A stretch of DNA of 64,000 nt from Gammaproteobacteria bacterium (GCA_028068195.1 JAPTTX010000090.1:59856-123855), one strand, 5' to 3'. Positions 22,486 to 35,296 are shown, numbered from the stretch's first letter. Made by a program: numbers and translations. The notes: generated by a model from the sequence alone, not told the origin.

Positions 22486-25400
22486 GCCGCAATCTCCTTA
22501 TGAAGGTCCTGCAGCGGGCTCACATCGAATTCCGTTGCCTGACGGTGCGCCTCGCAGGCAGCGCGGGCGGCGGCGACCGTCGTATAGTTGGTAACCTTGT
22601 GCTGCAGGGCCTCCCGCCGGATCAGCGACGAGTCCGCAATGCTCTGTTTATCGGCAACGGTGTTCACGATGATATCAATCTCGTCATTCTTGAGCATATC
22701 GAGCACATGGGGACGGCCTTCCGAAACCTTGTTTACAGCGCGGGCCTTCACGCCTGCCGCCTCAAGCACCGCAGCAGTACCACGCGTCGCCAGGATCTCG
22801 AATCCGTTGCCGCCGAAATAACGGGCAACCTCGACCGCGGCCTTCCGGTCGGCGTCGCGCACGCTTATGAACAGGCGGCCACGGCGCGGAATCTCCGATC
22901 CTGCGGCGAGCTGTGACTTCGAAAACGCCTCGCCAAACGTGCGCCCGATGCCCATCACTTCGCCGGTGGATTTCATCTCCGGCCCGAGCACGGTGTCCAC
23001 CCCTGGAAACTTGATGAACGGAAACACAGCTTCCTTGACGGAATAATAGTCCGGTATGATCTCCGAAACCACTCCCTGGGATGCAAGGCTCCGCCCCACC
23101 ATGCAGCGGGCTGCGATTTTCGCGAGCGGCCTGGCGGTGGCTTTGGAGACGTAGGGAACCGTGCGCGATGCGCGCGGGTTCACCTCCAAAACGTATACGT
23201 CGTCCCCCTTGACCGCAAACTGGACATTCATGAGGCCGATGACCTTGAGCGCTTTCGCCATCTCCACGGTCTGCGCGCGCAGCCGGTTCTGGATTCCCTT
23301 GCTCAAGCTGAACGGCGGCAGCGAGCATGCCGAGTCGCCGGAATGTACCCCGGCCTCCTCGATGTGCTCCATGATGCCGCCAATCACCACCTTTTTGCCG
23401 TCGCTCACTGCATCCACGTCGACTTCGATCGCATCGCTCAGAAAGCGGTCCAGCAGCACCGGCGAATCGTTCGACACGCGTACTGCCACACGCATGTAGG
23501 TCTCGAGGTCCTCGCGATTGAGCACGATCTCCATGGCCCTGCCACCGAGAACGTACGAGGGCCGCACCACCAGCGGATAGCCGATTTCCTCGGCGAGCTT
23601 CACGGCCTGATCCGGCGTGGTGGCCGTACGGTTCGGCGGCTGCAGCAGCCCCAGCTTCTGGACGAGCTTCTGGAACCGCTCGCGGTCCTCTGCCAGATCA
23701 ATGGAATCCGGGCTGGTGCCGATAATGGGCACGTGGTTGCGCTCAAGCTCGCGTGCGAGCTTGAGCGGAGTCTGGCCACCATACTGCACGATCACGCCCT
23801 TGGGTTGTTCGATGTGGCTGATCTCGAGCACGTCCTCCAGTGTCAGGGGCTCGAAGTACAGACGGTCGGATGTGTCGTAGTCGGTCGAAACCGTCTCCGG
23901 GTTGCAATTGACCATGATGGTCTGGTAGCCATCCTCGCGCAGCGCAAAGGCGGCGTGTACACAGCAATAATCGAATTCTATGCCCTGGCCGATGCGATTG
24001 GGTCCGCCTCCGAGCACCATAATCTTGTCGCGCGGTTCCGGATGAGACTCACATTCCTCATCATAGGTCGAATACATGTATGCCGTGGCCGACGCAAATT
24101 CAGCGGCGCAGGAGTCGACCCGCTTGAACACCGGGCGAACGCTGGCACCGTGGCGCAACTCCCGAAACTGCGTTTCGCTCACCTCCAGCAACTGCGCCAG
24201 CCGCCGGTCGGAAAAGCCCTTGCGTTTCCATGCCCGCAGGCGCTCGCGCGAGGGCCTCTTGCGGGTGTAGCGGCGGATTTCCGCCTCGAGCGATACCAGC
24301 TCTTCGATCTGGACAAGGAACCAAGGATCGATGTGCGTCAAATCGAAGACTGCGTCGACGCTCATTCCCGACCGGAACGCATCGGCGATATACCATATGC
24401 GCTCGGCACCAGGCACCCGCAGCTCATGCTCGATGCGCGTGGCCATCTGGTCGGGCGTCAGCTGCGGATCGATGATCGGCTCCAGGCCGTAGACGCCGGT
24501 CTCCAGACCGCGGATCGCCTTATGCAGCGACTCCTGGAATGTGCGGCCGATCGCCATGACCTCGCCCACCGACTTCATCTGTGTAGTGAGCGTCGGATCG
24601 GCTTTGGGAAACTTTTCGAAGGTGAAGCGCGGAAACTTGGTCACGACATAGTCTATGGTCGGCTCGAATGACGCCGGGGTCGCCCCGCCGGTGATGTCGT
24701 TCTTGAGCTCATCCAGCGTATAGCCGACCGCCAGCTTGGCTGCCACCTTTGCGATCGGGAAACCCGTTGCTTTGCTGGCGAGCGCTGAGGAGCGTGAAAC
24801 CCGCGGATTCATCTCGATCACCAGCATGCGCCCGTCATCGGGGTTGACGGCAAACTGGACGTTGGACCCCCCGGTCTCGACTCCGATCTCGCGCAACACA
24901 GCGATACTCGCGTCACGCATCACCTGGTATTCCTTGTCGGTCAACGTCTGGGCCGGCGCGACCGTGATGGAATCGCCGGTGTGTACGCCCATTGGATCGA
25001 TGTTCTCGATGGAACAGACAATGATGCAATTGTCCTTGCGGTCCCGCACCACCTCCATCTCGTATTCCTTCCAGCCGATGATCGATTCCTCGATCAGCAG
25101 CTCGCGCGTAGGCGAAGCCTCCAGGCCGCGCTCGCAGATCGCGAGGAACTCCTCCTTGTTGTACGCGATTCCTCCGCCGCTGCCACCGAGGGTAAAGGAC
25201 GGGCGGATGATTGCCGGAAACCCGATCATCGCCTGGACCTGCAGCGCTTCCTCCAGGCTGTGCGCGATCGCTCCACGCGCGACGCCGAGCCCGATGGACT
25301 CCATCGCCTTCTTGAACAGCTCGCGGTCCTCGGCCTTATCAATGGCCTCGCGCTTGGCGCCGATCATCTCGACGCCGTAGCGCTCGAGCACGCCTTCGCG

Positions 25401-25709
25401 GTCGAGGTCGAGGGCGCAGTTGAGTCCAGTCTGGCCGCCCATCGTTGGCAACAGCGCATCGGGCCGTTCTTTTGCGATGATCTTGGCGACGGTCTGCCAC
25501 TGGACCGGTTCGATATAGGTCGCATCGGCCAGATCGGGATCGGTCATGATGGTGGCCGGATTGGAGTTGACCAGGATGACGCGATACCCCTCTTCCTTGA
25601 GCGCCTTGCAGGCCTGAGCCCCGGAATAATCGAACTCGCACCCCTGGCCGATAATGATCGGTCCGGCGCCAATGATCAGGATGCTGCGGATATCAGTGCG
25701 TTTCGGCAT
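22482..25709 (-). CDS. carB: carbamoyl-phosphate synthase large subunit
   Basis: Homology starts at [30 protein letters not shown] (ATG 25709), giving 1075 aa with duplicated ATP-grasp halves. The upstream ORF extension overlaps carA and was rejected. Confidence 0.98.
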   Translation of the reverse strand: MPKRTDIRSILIIGAGPIIIGQGCEFDYSGAQACKALKEEGYRVILVNSNPATIMTDPDLADATYIEPVQWQTVAKIIAKERPDALLPTMGGQTGLNCALDLDREGVLERYGVEMIGAKREAIDKAEDRELFKKAMESIGLGVARGAIAHSLEEALQVQAMIGFPAIIRPSFTLGGSGGGIAYNKEEFLAICERGLEASPTRELLIEESIIGWKEYEMEVVRDRKDNCIIVCSIENIDPMGVHTGDSITVAPAQTLTDKEYQVMRDASIAVLREIGVETGGSNVQFAVNPDDGRMLVIEMNPRVSRSSALASKATGFPIAKVAAKLAVGYTLDELKNDITGGATPASFEPTIDYVVTKFPRFTFEKFPKADPTLTTQMKSVGEVMAIGRTFQESLHKAIRGLETGVYGLEPIIDPQLTPDQMATRIEHELRVPGAERIWYIADAFRSGMSVDAVFDLTHIDPWFLVQIEELVSLEAEIRRYTRKRPSRERLRAWKRKGFSDRRLAQLLEVSETQFRELRHGASVRPVFKRVDSCAAEFASATAYMYSTYDEECESHPEPRDKIMVLGGGPNRIGQGIEFDYCCVHAAFALREDGYQTIMVNCNPETVSTDYDTSDRLYFEPLTLEDVLEISHIEQPKGVIVQYGGQTPLKLARELERNHVPIIGTSPDSIDLAEDRERFQKLVQKLGLLQPPNRTATTPDQAVKLAEEIGYPLVVRPSYVLGGRAMEIVLNREDLETYMRVAVRVSNDSPVLLDRFLSDAIEVDVDAVSDGKKVVIGGIMEHIEEAGVHSGDSACSLPPFSLSKGIQNRLRAQTVEMAKALKVIGLMNVQFAVKGDDVYVLEVNPRASRTVPYVSKATARPLAKIAARCMVGRSLASQGVVSEIIPDYYSVKEAVFPFIKFPGVDTVLGPEMKSTGEVMGIGRTFGEAFSKSQLAAGSEIPRRGRLFISVRDADRKAAVEVARYFGGNGFEILATRGTAAVLEAAGVKARAVNKVSEGRPHVLDMLKNDEIDIIVNTVADKQSIADSSLIRREALQHKVTNYTTVAAARAACEAHRQATEFDVSPLQDLHKEIAA

Positions 25710-25722
25710 AATGAACCGCCGT

Positions 25723-26931
25723 CTAGGCTCCTCCGGCCTCAATCCCGACAACCGTCGCAGCCGGCGCTGGGGCACATACCGCCGCGGCTGCCTCCGGGCG
25801 GGACTGAGCCTCCATGAGCCGGATGAACCGGTCGAAAAGCGGACTGACGTCGTGCGGCCCGGGGCTTGCCTCCGGATGCCCCTGAAAGCAGAAAACCGGA
25901 CCGTCGGTGCGCTCCAGGCCCTGGACCGAGCCATCGAACAGGGACCGGTGGGTCACGCGCAGCATGGAAGGCAGACTGTCCTCATCGACCGCGAAACCGT
26001 GGTTCTGGCTGGTGATCATGACACGTCCGCTCGCAAGTTCCTGTACCGGATGATTGGCTCCATGATGGCCAAACTTCATCTTTATGGTGCGCGCACCCGA
26101 CGCAAGCCCGAGAAGCTGATGGCCGAGGCAAATACCGAACACCGGGAGACCGCTGGCGATGAAACTGCGAATGGCCGCGATCGCGTAGGTGCATGGTTCG
26201 GGATCACCGGGGCCGTTTGACAGAAAGATCCCGTGCGGACGCCGCGCGAGGACTTCCTCGGCGTTGGTCTTGGCGGGCACCACCGTGACACGGCAGCCGC
26301 GGTCGGCCAACATGCGCAAGATGTTGCGCTTGATCCCGAAATCGTACGCAACCACGTCGAAGCGGCGCTCACCGGCCGCCCGGTAGCCCTGGCCCGGGGC
26401 CCATCCGCCTTCCTCCCACAGATAAGGCTCCTTGGTCGTGACCACCTTTGCAAGGTCCATGCCCTTCAGGCCAGCAAACGCCCGGGCGGCAGCAAGCGCC
26501 GCCCGGCGGTCAATCTTCCCGTCCTCGCCCGCCGCGACGACGCATCCATTCTGGGCCCCCTTCTCGCGCAACAGGCGGGTAAGCTTTCGGGTATCGATTC
26601 CGGAAATTGCCACCACCCTGTGCTTGCGCAGGAATTCCGGCAGACTTGCGGAGGCGCGCCAGTTGCTCACGCGGGCCGGCAGGTCGCGGATCACGAGACC
26701 GGCTGCAAAGACCCTGCTGCTCTCCATGTCCTCGGCATTGACACCGGTGTTTCCGATATGGGGATACGTAAGCGTAACGATCTGCTTGGCGTACGAGGGG
26801 TCGGTGAGTATCTCCTGGTAACCGGTCATGGCTGTGTTGAACACCACCTCGCCGACCGCCTGCCCCGATGCGCCAATGGCCTCACCGGCAAAAAGGGTGC
26901 CGTCTTCCAGGGCAAGCAGGGCAGCGCGCAT
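25723..26931 (-). CDS. carA: carbamoyl-phosphate synthase small (glutaminase) subunit
   Basis: [21 protein letters not shown]..., with the GICLGHQ catalytic Cys motif and HGANHPV. GGAGG lies upstream of the ATG at 26931. Confidence 0.96.
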   Translation of the reverse strand: MRAALLALEDGTLFAGEAIGASGQAVGEVVFNTAMTGYQEILTDPSYAKQIVTLTYPHIGNTGVNAEDMESSRVFAAGLVIRDLPARVSNWRASASLPEFLRKHRVVAISGIDTRKLTRLLREKGAQNGCVVAAGEDGKIDRRAALAAARAFAGLKGMDLAKVVTTKEPYLWEEGGWAPGQGYRAAGERRFDVVAYDFGIKRNILRMLADRGCRVTVVPAKTNAEEVLARRPHGIFLSNGPGDPEPCTYAIAAIRSFIASGLPVFGICLGHQLLGLASGARTIKMKFGHHGANHPVQELASGRVMITSQNHGFAVDEDSLPSMLRVTHRSLFDGSVQGLERTDGPVFCFQGHPEASPGPHDVSPLFDRFIRLMEAQSRPEAAAAVCAPAPAATVVGIEAGGA

Positions 26932-27098
26932 CAGCCGGATACCTCCGCCGGTAGGCATGCGAAAGCGGGCGAGGCCGCACACGCCTCTCCCGCTTTCGGT
27001 AATTCGTTCATTGATTTGGGTGCTTCGGGTTGAAACGCTATTTTACGTGAGCACCCTGCCAAAAGCAAACCGCAACCGCTTCGGCCTGCGCAAGTGTC

Positions 27099-27701
27099 TC
27101 AGTTCGAATTTCCGCTTCCGAACCCCCTGCGGATGTTCCTTTGGTCGTCACCAATCGAACGGATGACCCGCGCCGGATTTCCTCCGACAAGGGTATCCGG
27201 AGGAACGTCCTTGGTGACCACCGAACCCGCAGCTACAACCGAGTTTTCGCCTACCGTAACCCCGCCGATAATCGTTGCGCCGGCTGCGATCCAGACGTTG
27301 CTCTCAATCACGATGGGCTTTCCGATTGTGGCGGCACGACGCTGCGAAGGTTCAAGGGGATGGCCCGCCGTGATGATGCTCACGTTTGGCCCGATCATCA
27401 CATCGTCCGCGATGTCGAGCCCGCCAAGGTCATAGAAAGTGCAGTTCTGATTGACAAAGACATTTCGCCCGACGCGGATTTCGTCCCCACCGGCAGTATA
27501 GAATGGCGGGATCAGCAAAAAACTATCGTCCACCTTTTTACCGGTGAGTTCGCTGAACAGGGCCCGAATTTCGTCCGCATCGTTGAACGTCAAGCGGTTG
27601 ATCGCGGCGGTGATCGCCGTCGCTCGTTTGACGTTTGCCAGCATGGCCGCTGATTCCGGCGTTCTCCTGTAGATTATCTTGGTGCGGCCGTCATTCGGCA
27701 T
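27099..27701 (-). CDS. sugar O-acetyltransferase (hexapeptide-repeat, Maa/LacA-like)
   Basis: 200 aa with left-handed beta-helix hexapeptide repeats (IGPNVSIITAGHP...VWIAAGATIIGGVTVGENSVVAAGSVV). Confidence 0.85.
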   Translation of the reverse strand: MPNDGRTKIIYRRTPESAAMLANVKRATAITAAINRLTFNDADEIRALFSELTGKKVDDSFLLIPPFYTAGGDEIRVGRNVFVNQNCTFYDLGGLDIADDVMIGPNVSIITAGHPLEPSQRRAATIGKPIVIESNVWIAAGATIIGGVTVGENSVVAAGSVVTKDVPPDTLVGGNPARVIRSIGDDQRNIRRGFGSGNSN

Positions 27702-27873
27702 TTGTTATATTCCTCGAGCTACAGTTGAGCGCGCGTTTCGGCGCACAATGGCTGCACCAGGATGCGCCGAGGGTGGCCACATCGCGGAAGGGCCGGAATC
27801 CTCTACCGATGTTGAAAATCCGGACTGAGACAAAGCCCGCCCGGCAGCACCCGCATCGAATGCGCTGCCGCAG

Positions 27874-28800
<927 letters not shown>

Positions 28801-28856
28801 CTAAGAAACTTCTTCGGGAGAAAGAACGCCGGGGCCGGCGACCGGACTGTCGCCGG

Positions 28857-29501
28857 TCACTGAGCGCCGTCGGCGGGCAGTCGCGGCGCTCGGCTGCCCG
28901 GGACGCGCCGGGCGATGCGTCCCAGGGCCGCGATGATCCGGAACGCAAGCAGCGCCGCCAGGATTGCACCATAGATGTCCGGCTCGGTTCTGTCGAGCTT
29001 CACCAGCCACAGGTAATGAAGCACGCCACCGATCGCGATCACATACACCAGCCGGTGCAAGGCCTGCCAGCGCCTGGCGCCCAGTCGCCGCACCATGGCG
29101 TTGCTGGCAGTCAGCGCCAGGGGAACCAACAGCACGAAACTGGCAAATCCCACGGTCATGAACGGTAGCCTGACGATGTCGCGCGCCATTGCGGTCCAGT
29201 CAAAAAACTGGTCGAGCACCACGTACGCCAGGACATGCAGGCAGGCGTAGAAAAACGCGTACAGTCCGAACATGCGCCGGAAGCGGAGCAGCCAGTACGC
29301 CCCCGTGAGGCGGCGCAGCGGGGTCACGCTGAGCGTGACAAGCAGGAATATCAGCGTCCAGCGGCCGGTCGAATGCTCGACTGCCGCAATCGGATTGGCA
29401 CCGAGATCCTGGAGCGGCGCTTCCGCGGCCAGGACCGCGAGCGGCAGCAGACAGCCCGCGAACACTGCACGCTTCAGCCAGAGAATACGCTCCGGGGTCA
29501 T
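28857..29501 (-). CDS. msrQ: protein-methionine-sulfoxide reductase heme-binding subunit MsrQ (YedZ)
   Basis: 214-aa protein with 6 transmembrane segments, ferric-reductase-like, with conserved His residues. Lies immediately downstream of msrP. Confidence 0.88.
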   Translation of the reverse strand: MTPERILWLKRAVFAGCLLPLAVLAAEAPLQDLGANPIAAVEHSTGRWTLIFLLVTLSVTPLRRLTGAYWLLRFRRMFGLYAFFYACLHVLAYVVLDQFFDWTAMARDIVRLPFMTVGFASFVLLVPLALTASNAMVRRLGARRWQALHRLVYVIAIGGVLHYLWLVKLDRTEPDIYGAILAALLAFRIIAALGRIARRVPGSRAPRLPADGAQ

Positions 29502-29504
29502 GCG

Positions 29505-30458
29505 TCAATAGTACTTGTTGAGATCCATGCCCCGGTACAGCTGCGCCACTTGCTCGGCATAGCCGTTGAACAGCAGGGTCGGACGTTTGAAAAAATCCCC
29601 GATGCGCCGCTCGCGTTCCTGGCTCCAGGGCGTGTGATCATCGTGCGGGTTGACGTTGGAATAGAAGCCGTATTCGGACGGCACGGCCCGCATCCAGGTG
29701 GTAAGCGGCTGCTTTTCGACAAAGCTGATCCGCACGATGGACTTGATGCTCTTAAAGCCGTATTTCCAGGGCACCACCAGCCGAACCGGCGCCCCATCCT
29801 GGTTGGGAAGCGCCCGGCCGTAAAGACCTACTGCCAGTATGGTCAGGGGATGCATGGCCTCGTCCATGCGCAGCCCCTCGACATACGGCCAGTGCAGGAT
29901 ATCGGTGCGCTGACCCGGCATTTCCTTGGGGTCATAAAGTGTCACGAATTTCACGTATTTCGCATTGCCGGTAGGTTCGACCTGACGGATCAGGCGGTTG
30001 AGCGGAAATCCGACCCAGGGGATCACCATCGACCAACCTTCGACGCAGCGAAACCGGTAGATGCGGTCCTCCAGCGGATTCTTGCGGATGAGTTCGTCGA
30101 TGCCGTACGTTCCGGGCCGCCTCACCGCACCGTCGACGGTGACCGTCCAGGGGCGCGTCACCAGACTCGCAGCCAGTGTCGCCGGAGAATACTTGTCGGT
30201 CGCGAATTCGTAGAAGTTGTTGTAATGCGTGATGTCCCGGTACGGCGTAGGACGCTCTTTCGTGCTGAAGGGACCGGGGTGCGCCGGCAGCAGCCCGGGC
30301 AGTTCTGAAGCCGGAGCGGGATCCGCGGCAGCCTGGTCAGTCAGGAGCAGCGCCGCGGCCGTGGCCGTAACGGAGGCAAGAAACCGGCGCCGACCGTTAT
30401 ATGCGGTCTCGTCGGTGACCTCGGATGACTGGATCCGCGGCGGTTTGGAAATGAGCAT
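29505..30458 (-). CDS. msrP: protein-methionine-sulfoxide reductase catalytic subunit MsrP (YedY), Tat-exported
   Basis: Twin-arginine signal ([10 protein letters not shown]) and sulfite-oxidase-fold molybdopterin domain motifs (FRCVEGWS). The ATG at 30458 is preceded by GAAGGA. Confidence 0.9.
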   Translation of the reverse strand: MLISKPPRIQSSEVTDETAYNGRRRFLASVTATAAALLLTDQAAADPAPASELPGLLPAHPGPFSTKERPTPYRDITHYNNFYEFATDKYSPATLAASLVTRPWTVTVDGAVRRPGTYGIDELIRKNPLEDRIYRFRCVEGWSMVIPWVGFPLNRLIRQVEPTGNAKYVKFVTLYDPKEMPGQRTDILHWPYVEGLRMDEAMHPLTILAVGLYGRALPNQDGAPVRLVVPWKYGFKSIKSIVRISFVEKQPLTTWMRAVPSEYGFYSNVNPHDDHTPWSQERERRIGDFFKRPTLLFNGYAEQVAQLYRGMDLNKYY

Positions 30459-30554
30459 GGCACATCCTTCGCGCACCGGTGCGGGGGTGGCCGGCGGACT
30501 CCAATTTGGACAGCTCCGGATGACGAAGTTCCATGCCTTCGGGCCGGCCCAGGA

Positions 30555-31073
30555 TCACAGGCTAATATAGGCGTAACCGCGCTTTTGCAGTTCCATCAGA
30601 TCCACCGCGCCCGAATCCACGTACTTGGCGAACGGCAGGATCGCGGCTTTCGTGAGTTTCAGTGCCTTGAGCGTATTGCCGCAGGCATGAAACTCCACCC
30701 CGTAGTCGTTGAGGCTGGAGACGGAATCGCGGATGAACTTGGAAACGGGGCGCAGCGGCTTCTTCAGCAGGATATGGATCCCCGGACCGAACGCCGTCAC
30801 CACGATCCGCACGTCATCGCCGAATTTCCGCAGTACCGCGCTCACCGAGAACAGCACGTGCTCCTGGTACGACGGGTCTGCCTTATTGAACTGGAATACC
30901 ACGAAGTTATGGGGACGCTGGCCGGGAAATATGAGATCGTTGCCGCCGCCGGACCCGGCGAGCGCCACGCGTTCCGTCCCGAGGGCGACCAGTCCGCTGG
31001 CCGCTGCCAGCCCCCCGAGCACCTTGCGCCGCCCGGCGCTGACAGAGCCGGTGACCTTGCGCCGATTTGACAT
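30555..31073 (-). CDS. DsrE/DsrF-like family protein with Tat-type signal peptide
   Basis: 172 aa. The N-terminus has GRRKVLGGLAAASGLVALG. The body resembles the DsrE-like COG1416 family and includes an FHACGNT motif. GAGGA lies 6 nt upstream of the ATG. Confidence 0.7.
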   Translation of the reverse strand: MSNRRKVTGSVSAGRRKVLGGLAAASGLVALGTERVALAGSGGGNDLIFPGQRPHNFVVFQFNKADPSYQEHVLFSVSAVLRKFGDDVRIVVTAFGPGIHILLKKPLRPVSKFIRDSVSSLNDYGVEFHACGNTLKALKLTKAAILPFAKYVDSGAVDLMELQKRGYAYISL

Positions 31074-31166
31074 GGTTTGTCCTCGCGTTCGCTATGGTTT
31101 GGAAAGAGGTCGCCGGATTTCAGGACGCGCGGCCGACCGGAATTATTCCGCAACTTCGCAATGCCG

Positions 31167-32306
31167 CTATCCGAGGAAACTCTTGAGTTTGTCCATCCAC
31201 GACTGCTCGCGCGGATAGTGGCGCGAGCCGCCGGCACGCACCAGCGAATCGAACTCTTCCAGCAGTTCCTTCTGATGCTTGGTCAGATTGACAGGCGTCT
31301 CGATGCTCGTATGGCAATAGAGGTCACCGACACTGCCTGAGCGCACATTGGTCACTCCCTTGCCGCGCAGCCGGAAAACCTTGTCGCTCTGGGTGCCCGC
31401 TGGAATCTTGAGCGTGGCGCGCCCATTGAGGGTAGGGACCTCCACTTCACCGCCTAGGGTCGCCGTGGCAAAGCTCACGGGCATCTCGCAATGGAGGTCA
31501 TCCCCATCGCGCTTGAAGATCGGGTGCTCCTTCAGGCGTATCTGGACATAGAGATCGCCGGACGGGCCGCCGTTCTCCCCCGCCTCGCCCTCTCCGGCCA
31601 AACGAATCTGGTCGCCCTCATCGACTCCGGCAGGCACTTTCACCGACAAGGTCTTCATATGCTTGACCCGCCCTTGACCATGGCAATCGGGACAGGGCGA
31701 GCTGATGATCTTGCCGCTGCCGCGACAGTTTGGACAGGTCTGCTGGATGGAGAAAAATCCCTGCTGCATGCGTACCTGGCCATGCCCGCCGCAGGTCGGG
31801 CAGGTCGTGGGGCTCGTCCCGGTGCGCGCACCGCTGCCATGACAGGTCTCGCAGGTTTCCAGCGAAGGTACACGTATGCGCATCTCGGTTCCGCGCACCG
31901 CCTCTTCCAGGCCGAGCTCAAGGTTGTAACGCAGGTCCGCGCCACGAAAGGTCTGATTGCCGCGCGTGCGCCCTCCGCCCCCGAAAATGTCGCCGAAAAC
32001 GTCGCCGAAGATGTCGGCAAAATTGGCGCCCGCGCCGGCACCGTAAAAGCCGCCCGCACGGCCAGCTGCCGCCGCGCTCGGATCGACTCCGGCATGACCG
32101 AACTGATCATAGGCCGCGCGCTTCTGCGCGTCGCTCAGAACCTCGTAGGCCTCTTTTGCTTCCTTGAAACTCGCCTCGGCGCTCGCGTCACCCGGGTTGC
32201 GGTCCGGGTGATATTTCATCGCCAGACGGCGATAGGACTTTTTGATGTCCGCCTCGGATGTGTTGCGCGGCACCCCTAGAACTTCGTAATAGTCGCGTTT
32301 CGACAT
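31167..32306 (-). CDS. dnaJ: molecular chaperone DnaJ
   Basis: J-domain ([10 protein letters not shown]), G/F region, and four CxxCxGxG zinc-finger repeats. Confidence 0.98.
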   Translation of the reverse strand: MSKRDYYEVLGVPRNTSEADIKKSYRRLAMKYHPDRNPGDASAEASFKEAKEAYEVLSDAQKRAAYDQFGHAGVDPSAAAAGRAGGFYGAGAGANFADIFGDVFGDIFGGGGRTRGNQTFRGADLRYNLELGLEEAVRGTEMRIRVPSLETCETCHGSGARTGTSPTTCPTCGGHGQVRMQQGFFSIQQTCPNCRGSGKIISSPCPDCHGQGRVKHMKTLSVKVPAGVDEGDQIRLAGEGEAGENGGPSGDLYVQIRLKEHPIFKRDGDDLHCEMPVSFATATLGGEVEVPTLNGRATLKIPAGTQSDKVFRLRGKGVTNVRSGSVGDLYCHTSIETPVNLTKHQKELLEEFDSLVRAGGSRHYPREQSWMDKLKSFLG

Positions 32307-32476
32307 GGCCTGATGTTGCTAAGTGATCCCGCCCCGGACAGGTCCGGGCCTCTTTATTTCCGCTGCCCGGAATCGGGTGCGGTCCGCCGCCGTGCCGGCC
32401 CCTTCAGGCCACAGCAGTATTGCGGACCGGGATGCGGCCGTTCGCCGCGGCCGGCAGCCGCATCGCCCACGGCAAA

Positions 32477-32515
32477 GGGCGCGGCGGCGAAACCGAGGTT
32501 CCGTCCACCGCGCCC
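32477..32515 (-). terminator. GC-rich hairpin between dnaK and dnaJ (attenuator/terminator candidate)
   Basis: Minus strand reads GGGCGCGGTGG...CCGCCGCGCCC followed by TTTGCC, about 20 nt after the dnaK stop. Confidence 0.35.
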
Positions 32516-32535
32516 CACACAGCCGCTGACTCCGG

Positions 32536-34482
32536 TTACTTCTTGCCCTTGTTGTCCTTCACTTCCTCGAATTCCGCGTCCACGACGTTGTCCTTCGCTG
32601 CCGCCGCAGACTCGGCCCCGCCTCCGGCGGCGCCACCCGGCTCTTCGCCCTGGGCCTGGGAGCCCGCCTGACCGTACATTTGCTCAGCCAGCTTATGGCT
32701 TGCTTCAGCAAGCGCCTGGGACTTGCTCTCGATGGCATCCTTGTCATCGTTCTTGACTACGGATTCGAGGTCCCGAATCGCCGCCTCGATCCTTTCCTTG
32801 TCCGATGCAGGAATCTTGTCACCCATCTCCTTCATGGACTTGCGCACGCTATGGATCAACCCTTCGCCACGGTTGCGCGCATCGACCAGCTCATGCGCCT
32901 TGCGGTCTTCCTCGGCATGGGCCTCCGCATCCTTGACCATGCGATCGATCTCGCCCTCGGATAGGCCGGAGCTCGACTTGATCACGATCTTGTTCTCTTT
33001 GCCGGTCGCCTTGTCCTTGGCCGAAACATGCAGGATGCCGTTGGCGTCGATATCAAAGGTAACTTCGATCTGCGGAACACCGCGCGGCGCCGGCGGAATA
33101 TCACTCAAATCGAACCGTCCCAGCGACTTGTTGCCGCTCGCCATTTCGCGCTCGCCCTGCAGTACATGCACGGTCACCGCCGTCTGGTTGTCGTCGGCCG
33201 TAGAGAACACCTGTGACGCCTTGGTCGGAATCGTGGTGTTCTTCTGGATGAGCTTGGTCATCACTCCGCCCATGGTTTCGATACCGAGCGACAGCGGTGT
33301 CACGTCCAGCAGCAATACGTCCTTGACCTCGCCGCCCAGCACCCCGCCCTGGATCGCCGCTCCGATCGCCACAGCTTCATCCGGATTGACGTCCTTGCGC
33401 GGTTCGCGTCCGAAGAAATCCTTCACCGCTTCCTGCACCTTGGGCATGCGGGTCTGGCCGCCCACCAGGATCACGTCGTCGATCTCGCTAGCCTTAAGGC
33501 CGGCGTCCTTCAGCGCGATCTTGCAAGGTTCCACCGTACGGGCAACCAGATCCTCCACCAGGCTCTCGAGCTTGGCGCGCGTCAGCTTGATGTTGAGGTG
33601 CTTGGGCCCGCTGGCGTCGGCAGTGATGTACGGCAGATTCACCTCCGTCTGCTGGCTCGACGACAGTTCGATCTTGGCCTTCTCCGCCGCGTCCTTCAAG
33701 CGCTGCAGCGCAAGCGGATCCTTGTGCAGATCGACGCCGTTGTCCTTTTTGAACTCATCGACAAGATAGTCGATGATGCGCTTGTCGAAATCCTCGCCCC
33801 CAAGGAAGGTGTCCCCGTTGGTGGAAAGAACCTCGAACTGGTGCTCCTTGTCGACCTCGGCAATTTCAATGATGGAGATGTCAAAGGTGCCGCCACCGAG
33901 GTCATAGACCGCGATCTTGCGGTCGCCTTCCTTCTTGTCCATGCCGAACGCCAAGGCCGCCGCGGTCGGTTCGTTGATGATGCGCTTGACTTCCAGGCCG
34001 GCGATCTTGCCGGCATCCTTGGTGGCCTGGCGTTGCGAGTCGTTGAAATAGGCCGGGACGGTAATCACCGCCTCGGTGACCTCCTCGCCCAGGTAGTCCT
34101 CAGCCGTTTTCTTCATCTTCTGCAGCACGCGCGCCGAAATTTCCGGCGGTGCCATGGCCTTGCCCTTGGCTTCCACCCAGGCATCGCCGTTTTTAGCCTT
34201 GACGATCCGGTACGGGACCATTTTGACGTCGCGCTGGACCACTTCGTCCTCGAATTTGCGGCCGATCAGGCGCTTCACCGCGTAAAGCGTATTGGCGGGG
34301 TTGGTGATTGCCTGGCGCTTGGCCACCTGGCCCACCACCACTTCATTGTCTGCGGTAAACGCAACCACCGACGGCGTGGTACGGTCGCCTTCGCTGTTCT
34401 CGATGACGCGCGGCTTACCCCCCTCCATGACGGCCACGCAGGAGTTAGTAGTGCCCAAATCGATGCCGATAATCTTTGCCAT
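32536..34482 (-). CDS. dnaK: molecular chaperone DnaK (Hsp70)
   Basis: 648 aa with [18 protein letters not shown] and other Hsp70 motifs. Confidence 0.99.
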   Translation of the reverse strand: MAKIIGIDLGTTNSCVAVMEGGKPRVIENSEGDRTTPSVVAFTADNEVVVGQVAKRQAITNPANTLYAVKRLIGRKFEDEVVQRDVKMVPYRIVKAKNGDAWVEAKGKAMAPPEISARVLQKMKKTAEDYLGEEVTEAVITVPAYFNDSQRQATKDAGKIAGLEVKRIINEPTAAALAFGMDKKEGDRKIAVYDLGGGTFDISIIEIAEVDKEHQFEVLSTNGDTFLGGEDFDKRIIDYLVDEFKKDNGVDLHKDPLALQRLKDAAEKAKIELSSSQQTEVNLPYITADASGPKHLNIKLTRAKLESLVEDLVARTVEPCKIALKDAGLKASEIDDVILVGGQTRMPKVQEAVKDFFGREPRKDVNPDEAVAIGAAIQGGVLGGEVKDVLLLDVTPLSLGIETMGGVMTKLIQKNTTIPTKASQVFSTADDNQTAVTVHVLQGEREMASGNKSLGRFDLSDIPPAPRGVPQIEVTFDIDANGILHVSAKDKATGKENKIVIKSSSGLSEGEIDRMVKDAEAHAEEDRKAHELVDARNRGEGLIHSVRKSMKEMGDKIPASDKERIEAAIRDLESVVKNDDKDAIESKSQALAEASHKLAEQMYGQAGSQAQGEEPGGAAGGGAESAAAAKDNVVDAEFEEVKDNKGKK

Positions 34483-34537
34483 TGTACAATCCTCGCAATA
34501 ACCTTGTTCCCGGTATGATTACCGTGTCTCAAGGCAA

Positions 34538-34567
34538 TAGGTGGGGGGGTAATCGACGTTTTTCAAT
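34538..34567 (-). promoter_or_regulatory. putative sigma-32 (RpoH) promoter of dnaK
   Basis: Minus strand reads TTGAAA, a 13-nt spacer, then CCCCCACCTA, about 55 nt upstream of the dnaK ATG. Compared with the consensus CTTGAAA-N13-15-CCCCATNT. Confidence 0.45.
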
Positions 34568-34578
34568 TGCTTTCCTTG

Positions 34579-35190
34579 TTATGATCCGGAACGTTTTGCC
34601 ACCACGACCATCGCCGGGCGCAGCAGCCGGTTGTGCAGCAGATAGCCGCGCTGCACGGCAGCCAGAACATGATTCTCCGGCACGTCCGCCGACTCGACCA
34701 TGCTCATGGCCTGGTGGCGTTCCGGGTCGAATTTCTCGCCCTTTTGCGGATCCACCACGGTAATCGAGAATTTCTGGAAAATGGCATCCATGAGCTTCAG
34801 CGTGAGATCGAGGCCTTCGACCATTTTCTGCATCAGGGGCCGCTCCACACTTTCGCCGGGCTGGCCCACGACGTCCACGGCACGAGCGCGCTCCAGGCTG
34901 TCCTTCACGGCCAGCATCTCGAGGGCAAAGCGCTCGATACCGTATTTATGGGCATTCGCGACATCCGTCTCAGCACGCCGGCGGACGTTTTCCGTCTCCG
35001 CCCTGGCACGCAGGAATTTGTCGAGGTTCTCCGCCGCCTCCCTGCGGGCCGCGTCAAGCTCCGACTGCAGGCCAGACACCTCGACCGCACCCGCTTGCGC
35101 CGGTCCGGCGGCTGGCTGCGCGCCGACCGTGGCTGCTTCCGGGGCATTTCCGGCCTGGACATCGGTTTCAATGGGGTTCTTCTGACTCAT
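34579..35190 (-). CDS. grpE: nucleotide exchange factor GrpE
   Basis: 203 aa, GrpE-like coiled-coil plus beta domain (...PERHQAMSMVE...VLAAVQRGY). Confidence 0.95.
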   Translation of the reverse strand: MSQKNPIETDVQAGNAPEAATVGAQPAAGPAQAGAVEVSGLQSELDAARREAAENLDKFLRARAETENVRRRAETDVANAHKYGIERFALEMLAVKDSLERARAVDVVGQPGESVERPLMQKMVEGLDLTLKLMDAIFQKFSITVVDPQKGEKFDPERHQAMSMVESADVPENHVLAAVQRGYLLHNRLLRPAMVVVAKRSGS

Positions 35191-35248
35191 GTAGCTGGTA
35201 TGACTCCATATCGCTGCGGCGGTTAAAGCCGCAATTATAGTCCGTCAC

Positions 35249-35277
35249 CAATGGGGACCGCCAAACAGGCTTTCAAG
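35249..35277 (-). promoter_or_regulatory. putative sigma-32 (RpoH) promoter of grpE
   Basis: Minus strand reads CTTGAAA, a 14-nt spacer, then CCCCATTG, about 60 nt upstream of the grpE ATG. This is a near-consensus match. Confidence 0.55.
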
Positions 35278-35296
35278 CCGTGACGGCTGCGGCCGG

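Noticed and set aside
23343-24671. 442-aa ORF on the plus strand.
   Set aside because: It is antisense to carB and is a shadow ORF.
25710-25934. 75-codon extension upstream of carB. Similar extensions occur on nuoB (14365-14583), carA, dapB, fur, rlmE and recN.
   Set aside because: The extensions overlap the preceding gene and lack homology. Conserved N-termini with suitable ATG codons lie downstream.
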